DNA of 64,000 nt, from assembly GCA_048013815.1 (NCBI GenBank), contig CM106585.1, positions 3,968,001 to 4,032,000 on the forward strand. The letters are read 5' to 3'. The position numbers and the translations under genes were made by a program. The stretch comes from Setoptus koraiensis (taxonomy: Eukaryota > Animalia > Arthropoda). The notes beneath the pieces are model-generated. The model was given only the letters and a program-made list of their open reading frames with translations, made no database searches and was not told where the DNA came from. This document shows positions 24,311-36,400 of the stretch, one piece after another (position 1 is the stretch's first letter; each line of letters starts with the position of its first letter).

Positions 24311-27300
24311 TGTGCGCCAATTGTCAAATGACAACTAGCACAAATTAGTGCAAATTTACACAAATTTGTAACATACAAACTGTCAGCAATTAGCCACCAG
24401 TTACCGCATATGTCGTGATCACAACCAACCAACATTGTCAGCGGCACATTTTCAATTATTGCAAAGCGCACTTGTTTTTTAGTTGCAATTGTTTTAAAAT
24501 CATCGTCATAATTGATACAGATAAATTGATATAGATGCGCGACATTGTCGAGACACTTGCTGTGAATGCAGCACTGGCCAGTTGGCACTTGATGTCACGC
24601 GATTATTGCGTAACATTGAGTGCCACTGGTCAGCGATGACACGACACGATCACGCCAACGGTGCCGAGACTCTCGGCCCGAGAGTGATTCACACAATTCC
24701 TGTTCACCTGTCAGCTGGCGTGCGATTCCATTCAATTATATTGTCGTGCGTGCAATAAATGGGGCGCTCTCAAACATTCCAACATGCCGTACAAATATCA
24801 CATTGATTGTGTGTCGCGGCCTCAAAGTAGCTGACATTCGTCGACTCGTTACCTGCTGTCACACAATCACGTTATATTATTAATTCATCAACTTTCATTA
24901 TTTTCATGCGCTCGCCAGTTGTTTTGGGTAGTTGGCAGTGGTTGTATTCAGTGATTGGCAGTGGTTGTTTTCAGCTGTCGGCAGCGGAGTTGGGCCCCAA
25001 CTCTGCTGCGGGCCCAACGGTTGAGCCCGCAGCAGAGTGGCCGGTACTGATAGCGGGGCGCGTTCAATTTTGTCCGACGCAAACGCGCGAGCGTGACTTG
25101 TTTGGCCTCTCGGCATCTGGCTCCGTTGGCAGGGGTGCTACCGACCGGGCAAATCAGCGGCCAATTTCGGCGGGCAATTTGAGCAATTTTTTGTCGCTTG
25201 GCCCGGCAACAGTTTGCAGCGAGTTGAATGGAGAGCGCATCAAATAGTAATTGGATAATCGCTGTTGCTCGCGCTTCGCAAAGCTTGTTTACGCGCGTGG
25301 GCGTACTCAATGAGTCCATTCAATCATTCTTGTTTGCTGGCGAAATGATGATTGAAACGACGCAAGGGCAACTGCCAATTAGGTAACAGACAAACGCACT
25401 CACAGACTAAAACAGTTGTGGGCGCCCCCTGTATTTGGGCGCCTTTATTTTGGGCGCAATTTGTCTGGCCGGGTTAAGGTAAATTGATGATGCATAAATT
25501 ATATTATATCTTGCCTTCATGCGATTTCGTCGGGCGCGCGCATGGCTGGCCGGCCTCTAGTCGGCCTCTAGTCAGCCAGCTATTCAGCTAGCCAACCAGC
25601 CGATAGCGGCAACAACCGCTTGCTCGCCGTCTGAGATGTCGAATGAATAAAAAAGCATCAATCCATCTTATTTGACTTTGATTGCATTCATGGAGTGAGT
25701 GAACAATTTCACTCTCAACGGGCAGCCTCAACGCAACGCTCGCCAGCCACCAAAATGTCAGCGCTGACACATTTGTCATGTTGTAATTTGCATTTTACCT
25801 GATAACTTTACCGTTTTCATTCGCTGCCTCAACAGATTAAATTGGGCCCCGTCTGAATTGTAAATTGTTGTTGTTGTTTGTCTTGAATGATGAATTAATT
25901 ACGTCAGCATATGGATTCGCCGGGGTCGCACGGCGCGCGCAACTAGGCTTCGCGCGGCATTATAGCGAGGGTATAAATCAGCGGGCTTATACCCTCACCG
26001 TTGGTATGCACCGTTTATATACCGCCGTATAAGCCCGCTCTCATATACCCAGCTATATATAATAATGCTGGCCGCAATGAGGAATAACGCAATCAACTGC
26101 GTGCAACCCCGTCGAGCACGTTACATAACAACAACAACAGCAACAACAAGCCCGGCTTATATGTTGATTACAACAAGTTTGTACGAGTCGTATGATTTCG
26201 ATATGTCGGCCACTGATAATCGGGGTGATGATATTTGGCTGCATCTCGCTCGATGACTGGCGCCATCTCATTTGTATCACGTCCGGGCCAAAAGTTTGCA
26301 AATTGCAGCCGAATGGGGCCAAACAAAAAACGCCATCCCGACAGGTTGGGGCCGGATAAATGCGCGCACTGGCGATGTTTTCAGTTCGCGTTGCAGCGAC
26401 AAATTGTCGAGTGGCATCAAATGAACGGGGCCAGAAAAGGGCAGGGTTTTTTGTTGGCCCAATGGAGGGCCAGAGTTTTTTGTTGGCCCAATGAAAGGCC
26501 AGAGTTTTTTTCTTGGAAGAAAAAAGTGCAACGGAAAACGGATTGCGCCCGTGATTTGTTTGGCGAGACGCGAGGTGCAAATGCCGCCAAGCGGGCAACT
26601 GATCCTCGTGGCTCACAAGTTGTGGCTCACAAGTTGTGACTCACAAGTTGTGAGGCGCCTGACGTGTCGCTGGCCGAGTCGCCGTTAATTACGGGGCGCC
26701 CGGCAGCAAAAACGGGGCCACAGCGAACGCAAAAAAAAGTTTTGCAACTTGGGCTCCTTTGCTTGCTTACACTCTAATAACACTAATGAAGTGTCTGGCA
26801 ATGAGTTTGCGGTTTCTTGATTGTCGGCGGCGTGCTGTTGCGCGCCACGACACATCTACTAATTAAGGGCTTCGTGGCGACCAGAGCGACAGGGCGACAA
26901 AGCGACCAGTCGACCGCGAGCGCGAGAAATGACAGCAATTTATCCGCGCTCGCATAGATAAATAAAATAAACGGGGCCGCACGAATCAATGAATTGATGA
27001 TGGACTGGCTGGCACGCGGACGCGGACGCCAAACGCATTTGCATAATAATACGCATTTGCAAACATTTGTCGCCGTATGTCCGCCGTTTGTTTGTCGGTG
27101 CGAACGTGGAATGTCGGAGGGGCACTGGCCGGCGAGATGTGCGCTTGCGAGGGGGCCCCAGTTGTCGCTATATTGAGTGTGATTGCAAATGCCGTTTGTT
27201 GGCGCCGTCAGGTGCCGTCAACAACGGACCACCGATGATCAGCATGCGCCGTGTGTCTCATTAGCATTTCATTAGGGCCGCCATGGAGTGTCGTAATTTT

Positions 27301-30300
27301 TGTTGGCCAGCTCAACTGGGGCCAGCTCAACTGGGGCCAGCTCAACTGGAGCCAGCTCGGCAAATGGCCCGAGTGGTCGCCACACAATGGTGGCGACACA
27401 AAGGCTGGCGCGCTTTGCCAGCTTTGGCCGGAGCCCGGATAGGTTGCCCATTGGCTGCACAAGTTGCTCAGATCATCCGATGATGATATTACATAATGAG
27501 CGGTATGATAACGGCATGCTAATAATAAGCAATAACAGTGGCTCAGATTAAGCCGCCGCCGGCAGCCAGCAAACAGCCGCGCAAGCAAAGGGGCCCATCA
27601 GTGAAAATAAGCCGCCCATCGATCAATAATAAACAGTAATGAGAATATTGGCGCAACTTACTATTTTCACAGTTATTATCTCAGCTGGGCGATATTATTA
27701 TCCCGACTCAATATATACTCAATATTATTAGTGGTATTTGTGAGCATAATTGATGGCGACTTTGCCGGGCTTGCGACCAGCCGGGCATCTGGATCTGGCA
27801 AGTATGCAACTATGCACACTTGACTGAAACGTTCCAGATGATCCCGTTATAAATTGATTGTGTGACAATAGTAACGAGCTAATATGGCTAATACCCACGC
27901 TCAATGCCGGCCCAACCCAAAGCGGCTCAAATGTCTATTCATGGGGCCCGTCATTTGATGGTGATCGGCCTCTCGCAGCAGAGCGGCCCCACTGAAATGG
28001 CGGCGCAGCTTATGCCACCATTCGACACCCCAACGGTCTCTCTAGCCTAGAGACCCGACCTAGAGACTCGACCTAGAGACTCGAGGTACCGCACGCACTG
28101 TCCGATAGTCGGGCCGTGAGCGGGGCATCTCTCGTCGCTGCTGTCGGGGCATTTCTCACGGTCACATACTTGCCCAACGACGACACAAATCGCCCATTAT
28201 TGGCCCCAAAATTTATGACAATATCCCGGCAATGGGTATTGGTTCGCTGGTAAGCAGCGGCTGGTTCGGGCCATGCGTGCCATCGGCCCGGCTCTGGCAA
28301 TTATGTGCCAAGATTGCCAACTGCTGAGCCGCTCAGATCAGAATCTGATCATCAGATCGACGCCAGCGCCATTCGGGCAATATGGGTAATGAAGGTGCCG
28401 CCGTGATTATATTGGAGATGTGGCCACGCAATTGCTTCGAACTGTTCCCGCCGAAATGCCGTGTGCCGCACAAGTCGGCCGGGCCCGGCGTTGATTGCGG
28501 CTGCCATCGTTCGCTTTGGGGCCCAATTGCTCGCTCTCATATCACCAGTGGATTGATTCAATACGGCGGCCGGAGTGGGGGCGAAATCTCGATTACAAGC
28601 TTTAACAAATTTTCGTGAAGGCGCGCCCCGCGAATTGTGTGTGAAGTTTGGCATGCACAAACGGTATACACGGCGACCAGTATGCAGATTAGACGAAATG
28701 CCCTTGCGTTGCTTGGGGCGAAAAAGGGCATTTTGGCGGGGTGCCCCCGCCAAAATGCCGCCGCCTGACTCGTGGGGCCGGCCGACTCGCGACTCGCGAG
28801 TCTTGTCAGTGGCATCCATCTACTCAGTAGATTCTACTGGCAGATCCGCACATCTAGTTGGGCCCGCCTGCCAGCCAGCGGTTGTTTTGGAAGTGACACG
28901 AACGAGCAATTCAATTGCCGACAATCCGCCGCTGCAACCGCCCAGCGATTTGCCAATCGAACAGTCTGAGCGCTCCGACAATCCGAGCTAGTTGAACAAT
29001 ATCCCAGGATCCGACAATCCGAGGCGCAATTCAAACTAACCCCCGCCCGCCGCCGCCGCCGCCCAAACCTCGTTTCGGGCTCGAGGCCCGCTTTTAAACC
29101 AATTGTCACCGGCAGTGCGCGAAAGTGAACGAAAGTGGCCAGCTAGATCTCGGCTAAGCTCGGCTGGCATCACCTGGTTGCATCATCATCGTCTTAGCAG
29201 TTGGCCTCAATTTGCGCGCCCGACAACAACAGTGACGACGACGGCGACGCCGATGATGACGATATAGAGTTAGAGACAGAGAGATAAGTTTAGCCTCTTG
29301 TACTTATCTTTTTACCGTTCGCTGCAGCTTGGCTGCAGGCTGGCTGCCAAAAAAACAGAGCGAAATGTTTCTGCCGCAAAGAGATAATAATCACGATCAT
29401 GTTTGTGCCACAACTAATGCCCCCTCTAGCCGGCGCATTAGCGATGGCATTCGTGATGGCATTGGGCTGTTGGAGGCACAACACAATTGTCGGGGCCCCC
29501 GCCATTGTAGCCAAAATTGATACCGAACGCTGATCTGGTTGCACGCCGGCCGAATATCGGTGCAGCGGCAGTGTGCGCCGGCTAGAGGCGATATTATTGT
29601 CGAATGGGCCCAGACGCCCAGTGAGTGATATAGTCAGATTAGGATAAGATGGCCAGGTAGTGATGATGATTGTCGCTCGACGCTCGTCGCCCCACGACTG
29701 ACAAGTGCACGGGCCAAATAGACTTAAGTTACTTTGCACTGCAAAGTTTAGAGCGGGCGCTTTTAAATTGCCACGATGTAACTCTAACCGGCAAGCTGTC
29801 TGCCACTTTTGAACTCACGGGCAACCTTTGAGCTTATTTGGGCCCCCGCTCGCTCGCTGTGTGTGCCATTACTGCGCAAAAGAGCGGCCAGGGCCCCACT
29901 TTTGCGGCGCTATTGGGCGCACGGGCACAAGAGGGAGCTGGGGGAGGTTGAGGCGGCGGCGATGCTGATGTGATTGAGTCCTTTTGGCCTTTATCCCCTT
30001 TTTGCCAGCCCGACGTCGGCCCGATATACGCGAGACAGATATACCAGCTCGACGGATATGCGCTCGCGCAATCTATACCAGCTCGATACACACACACACT
30101 GTCGCATATCACAAGCCCAAATGGGGCCCAAAATATAACATGCAGCCAGAGTGGATAAAGTGGGCACCGCTAAATGGTCGTCGTTTATTTTGTTCTTGGG
30201 CAAATCTTGTTCAGCTGCCAAATGTTCTTAGCGGATAAAACAGAGAGATAGCGAGCTTGCTTTATTTGATAATTTAAAACTTGCTATCTATTGCTGTTTT

Positions 30301-33300
30301 ATTCGCGGCTCTATTCTGGCTGGTCTGTTGGCTTGGCCCTTCTCGACTGGAGAATCTCGAGCGCTTAGTCCGGCTCTCGATTCGAGAGTCTCGAAGCGCC
30401 CATTGCCAGTGGCAGCAATAACAGTAATCTCCTCACCTTGGTGTACAATCGTTCACTTTGTTCTTTATCTCTGGCGAGCTCTGGTGCGCCTTTATCTCGC
30501 AACTATCTATTCTGCTCTGTCTTGCGACTATCTGTCGGCTGTCGGCTGCCGACTGCCGGCTGCGATGTGATGCGATGGGGCCCAAGGAGTTGTGCATGTC
30601 ACCTAGTGTCTCTATATACTTACTGTGCTGGCAGTGCTGCTGTGAATTTATCGGGCAAGTCGGCCGATTGTCGCCTCTCAGCGACAATCTTGTCAAATCT
30701 AACTAATACACATGCACATGGTGACAAACATTTGACTAGAGAAGAGATTGATTGTCTTTGACACTGGCTTGTCACTGGCTTGTCTCTGCGATTTCTAATA
30801 CATACACTGTACACTTGTCACACTCTCTCTCTCTCTCAACATACTTATATAACCATAGACCAACGAAAAAGCGGGCCCAATTTAACAACAAGACACCAAT
30901 CAATCTTGGCAAGACGTTCGAGAGCTCGCCGGGCTCGTTCACTTGGTGGCCTGCCGACTGGTTACGACTGACTCATCGGATCAGTCAGTCAGTGATCAAT
31001 GATTGCTTGAATTGCAAATTTTGATTAGATAGTGCCCACTGTTGTAAGCCAGTCGTCGGCTCGGCTGGCTAGCTTGACTGGCTAGCAGCCACCAATGGAT
31101 AAAATGAGACCAACTGCCAGCCACTGCAACTGACTTAAGCCCTTAAAGGAGCCTCCGCGCGTTGCACCTCATCTAACCTATTTTGAATAATGTCCCCCCC
31201 AGCCCCCTCATGCACATACTGGCTGGTTGTTGTCGGTTTGTTAATAAGGCTTGCGAGAATCGGGGGCCAGTGGGCCCCAACTGTCGGCTCAACAAAATGT
31301 GCTGCTGTTGTCATTGCATGGGGCGGCCCATTAAATGGAGTGAGAGAGAATCGATGATATGTGACTCTTTGATTCTTGCTCACTCTGTGATTTTTCTCTT
31401 TTATCCATCTTTTATCTGTGCCTGCATTTCTGACACCGCAGACGTGGGCATGGGCGCCAACACCGGCCCATACTGGCAGTGAGCAGTTCAAATAATAGAG
31501 TTGCGAAAATTGTTATTGGATAGATTAACAAGATTGCACATGTAACCGGAGGCACCGGCATCTGTGCCAGATATCTGTGCGAACAGTTGGTTAATGATTA
31601 ACGCTTATCGTGCCGTATATTTATACCGCGCACCCCCCCCAGCGCTAGTCTGGCTAGTTGGGCCGGGCCCCTCCCGAGGCTGAAATGCCATGTTGGCGCT
31701 GCTCATGGGGCCAGTTGCAGCTAATGAGAAGTGGACTCACTTCCGCTGCTAATCTGCTTCTCGCCATGTAGTCGCCGTATACTCGCTATGTAATCGGCAC
31801 AAACTCGGCATGTACTCGGCACAAACTCGGCATGTACCTCTACATGGGCGCCCACAGATACATCTGAAGCAGATACTTGGGGGCACCCCAAACAGATTAC
31901 AGTTCAAGGGTCTCGGATAGAAATCAGATAAAAAGGGCAACTGGTCTCAGTCAGGTTGCCCAGCGACCATAGAGTGATCATGGCGAGGGGCCAACTGCTC
32001 TGGATTTTCTTCTTCTAATTGAAAGAGACTGCAGCGCCCCGCAAACTGCCTAAACCGGCGCCTCTTCGGGTGCAGTCGGGCTCGAGTGCGCTGATAAATC
32101 CCGCCCTTTGTTGTCACTGTGATTAGATCTCATCAAGGTGATTTTGTATGATGTTTGGGCGTGTGCGAGGGGCCCCAAAGCACCAGACTGCAAATAAGAC
32201 GCACTTTTTGCCCACTCAAACTGCTTTCTCATTATTTTCTGCCCTGTTTCTGTCCGTGCCACTGCGACTACCTTTACTGTGCGCTCGAGCCACACCGCCA
32301 CTCACATAGCCGGGCTTTTTTGGGGCCAAAGTGACGAAAAGTTCGTGTCAGTTTTATCCGCGAACGCACTAATGATTCATCCGCCGCCACCGTAGGTGCA
32401 TCTCATTACGAACAGTCTGTAGATCGCCTTTGGTGGCCAAAGTTTGGTTGCTGCTTGTCGAGCTGCGAATCACAAGATTCACAGATCACGCGAGGCCAGA
32501 TTTATTCATGCGTGGATGTGAACTGGCCACAACAGTGTGAGCCGATAATGGGCTCTTGTTTTGTGAATATCCATTATTAAATCTGGCCTGGTGATGGTCT
32601 GGTGGCAGCGGTGAGACACATACATTGGTCAGATATATATATATATTATAGTCTATAGACTCTATAGTATAGATAGTATAGTAGAGAGAGAGAGAGAGAG
32701 AGGCGAGAATTGGCCGGTTTGTGCTGGTCAACTGGTGGCGCAAGTGCGCAACTATCTATTATGCAGTGGGGCCCCAGCCTAATGGGGTCAATAGTGAGAC
32801 GCATTACAATCATATGGGCCAGCCAACCGAGCGCCTAAATCTAATATAATATATCCGCGTTCATCACCACGTTTGCACTTGCACTGTTCGTCGGGGCCAA
32901 AACCAACAACAACAACATGTTATTATTATTATCATGTTGTTGTTTTTGCCTATAGGCCGCTGCGTCCGCCGGCCAGATCAGGCGTCGGCGTTCGCACGTG
33001 CATAACGGTGGCTGTGAGTTTGCACGCGCACGCTGGCAAGTTATGCAAGATTATCTAGCCGGCGGTGAGGCCAGCGAGCGAGCTAGCCAGCCCAAGAGCG
33101 AGCTAACCAGCCCACGAGCGAGCCAACCAGTCAGCGAGCCAGTGAGCGGCACAAAGGCCACTTTGCGCCTTATTCCGGCACCGAGAGCTTATTAGAGGAG
33201 CCGGCGAGTGCCGCCGCCGCAATGTGTTGCTGGTGGCCGATTTTGTACAAACAGCACAACACTATATAGAAAGACAAGAGAGTTCAAGACGGGCTGGCGG

Positions 33301-33384
33301 GCGTGCAATTTTATATAGACACGTCGGCGGGCACATGTAAGAGAAAACCGGCCCGCCATTGGATGGGCCCCATCTGAGCAACCG

Positions 33385-33466
33385 GGCCCCATTCGAACGA
33401 CTGAGGCCCGGCATTCGAACGACTGGGGTCCGGCATTCGAACGACTGGGGCCCAGCATTCGAACAG
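33385..33466. repeat. 22-bp tandem repeat (ATTCGAACGACTGGGGCCCGGC-like, about 3.5 copies)
   Basis: ATTCGAAC recurs at 33391, 33413, 33435 and 33457. Confidence 0.85.
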
Positions 33467-36400
33467 TGCGGAGGCCGGTTCAAATGGATATTTGCATTTG
33501 TTTGTTGGCGGGCCGCACTGCTCGGCACGGTTAGCTAATACAATCTAATACAGTCCAATACAGTCTAACACAGTCAAATACAGTCTAATACAGTGTTTGA
33601 GTGTCTTGGGTCCGCCGGCGAGCCAGTGGAAGCATGCGGCCCGGCCGGCCCGGCTAATAATAATAACGCTAACATATTTAGCGCGTCGGCCAGATAACAA
33701 TTGTCGTCATGTCGTTAGTTTGCTCAGCCACTTGCCCCTGCAACGGCCAGTGGCCGCGCAAAAATCCTTTGTTTGGCCCCACACGGCCCCACACGGCCCC
33801 ACACGGCCGCACATAGGCCAACATGGCTCCGCATAGCCCCATAGCACGTGCTTTGGGGCCCGTCTTTTGTTTGTGGGTGGCGCGCGAATCAGTTTTTTCA
33901 TGCGCTCACAATATCCATATATCACTCCATATATACGAGCATGTATGACCAGCTATACACACAAAGAGCAATCTAGTCACTGTTGGCTGCGTGTTTGGCA
34001 TATATCACGCTGGCCGGCCACTCCAGATTGGCGGTTGCAACAAACATTTGATATTATCGATGCTTGGCGGTGCTTGACGGTGCTCGCGCTAGCGATTATC
34101 CAGCGTTGGCCAGGTAAGGCCGACACTGGCCAGCGGCCAATTATTGTTGTGCATGCGGCCTGGCGGGCACAATTGCCACCGAACAAATAAATCGGATGTT
34201 ACCTTCGGCGGCCCGTGCACGCCGAAGCGCGGCGCTGCGAGGTGTCGGGTGAAGGGGCCCGCCAATTGCTTGTCGGAACTCGTCATGGCGCCTCTAGATG
34301 CAGCAGCAAACGGCGAGACAGACGGTGAGTCGCCTGTCCGTCCAGATTTGTGTCCGCTGTCTGTCAACGGCAGCGTGTTCTGATTTTTGCCCGTCCGCCT
34401 GGCTCGCCGTAATCCAGTCCGGTTGCTGTTATACTGGCCGGCGTTGTTTGGGGCTCTCGTTCGGGGCCCTTGTTTGGGGCCCTTGTTTGGGGCCAATAGC
34501 GGGCGAGCTGGCCAAAAACGGGCTGTCCCGTGGCGGGGCCAAACGGGGGCCCTTTTTGTATTCTTGTTGCGTCACATCAAATAAAATCAAACATACGATG
34601 GAATAAAAGCTCGCACTAGCTGGCACATGTAGCGGCGGCGGCCGCCAAAGGGCGCAGTTGCAGCGCGCGCCATGATTTCACACGATGAAGATGGCTCACT
34701 TCCGTTTGCTAACAAACATCAGTCTGGCTGGCATGGGGGGCCCTTCCGATTGCTCGTGTCTCATCTTGTTGCCGCTGCTTGTTAGTTAGGCAGCAAAACA
34801 CACAAGCTCTCAATGGCATGAGAGCAACAATCACACAAGACAGAATGACAAACAAGTACAAGTATTAACCGTTATTTAGTGACAATCTTGCCAATGGCTG
34901 TCGACACAACAATTTTCAACAAATAACATGTTGTATTACAATAATAAGACTATAATACTTTATTAGGACATTTTTCACTTGTGCTTGCTCCGTTTATTTG
35001 CCCGCTGTCCACTCACCATGACAAACTGAACTGGCGGACATTTCATTTTTGCCACAGCCCGACAACTTGTCGGCGACAGGGCGACCGTCGGCGCCCCAAA
35101 CAACCCCGAACACAATGTCTCACACAGTCTGTCGGTCCGCGGGTACGAGCGTCGCCGGCTGCGAGCGTCGCCGGCCACTAGCTGGGGCCCGAGCTAATCA
35201 AAATTCGAGCCTCCGCAGCGCCCGTAGAGGCCTCTGTATGCTGGCCTCTGCATGCTGGCCTCTGTATGCTCGCCTCTATATTTTTGCCGTTAGCCCGAGC
35301 GAGCGGCGGCCAGCGAGCTTGCCAAAACTTTTGTTCAACTTGTTCAACTTGGCTTGTTCGCATGCGAGTGCCGTCTAAACAAATGAGAAACAACATTGTG
35401 CGCGCAGTAATCACGATATGAGCCTGAGAGGGGCAAGCCGCAACGATGACGACCACGACAAAGAGACATTGGCAGCTCAATGGTCCATAATCAATGCCAA
35501 ATATAGAAATGAGATGGCCAGCGATATGAGATGGCGCCCGGCTCGAACGGACAGAGTGGCGAGCGCCGGACAGACAGAGACATGTCGGCCAGCAGCACAT
35601 TGTCATCATTGTCGTTGTTGTTGTTCACCATTAGAGTGGGAACATCCATAAACATTAGATTAGATTATGTAATAATGATCAATGCCGTCTCATTCGTTTC
35701 TCGCTGCTCTCCATCAACTCGGACCGTTGCTCGGCCGACTGTCCGGCTGGCCAGTCGGCGAGTCAGTCCCAGCAACGAGCCAGTCAGCCCGAGCAACGAG
35801 CCAGCTAGCGAAACAAGACGGCCCGCGAAACAAGTGCCAGCCAGTGGACACAAGCGGACGGCATTATCATCCAGCGTTCGCTGATAATGGGACCACTATG
35901 CGAGCGAGCGCGCCCATTTGAGTGGCCCGCTCAGCCAGCTCGGAATGAGCTGTCGTCGGGAAGCGTCGCATGAAAGCCGCTGCCAATTGTGGTGGCCGGA
36001 CAAAGAAGAAGAATGACCACTCATCTGGTCAATAGTCCTGGCCAGATCGCCGACTTCATTTTATTCCGAGTTCGAGCCAGCTCAAGTTTCCTCTGTTCAC
36101 CTTGTGCGCCCCTTCGCCGCGTCCAGATTCGTGCCATCATCACTCTTGCCGCTTGTCGCGGCGAGCCGGCCAGCCAGCCGAGCCAACTAGCGCCACACCG
36201 ACGCCAGCCAGCGGAGCCCGAGCGAAAGCCAGAGAAAGCGAGCGAGAGCCAAAGAAAGCGATAGAAGGCCGCAGAAAGCGATTGCTCAGGCGACGGGGCC
36301 CGCCCAGCACACGCAGGGGGCCCCAAAGTTGATCAAGTGACGCGACTTGGTGAATTAATTTTGTTTTTGTCACCTCTGGTGGCGGGCTGGGCGCGCGAGC

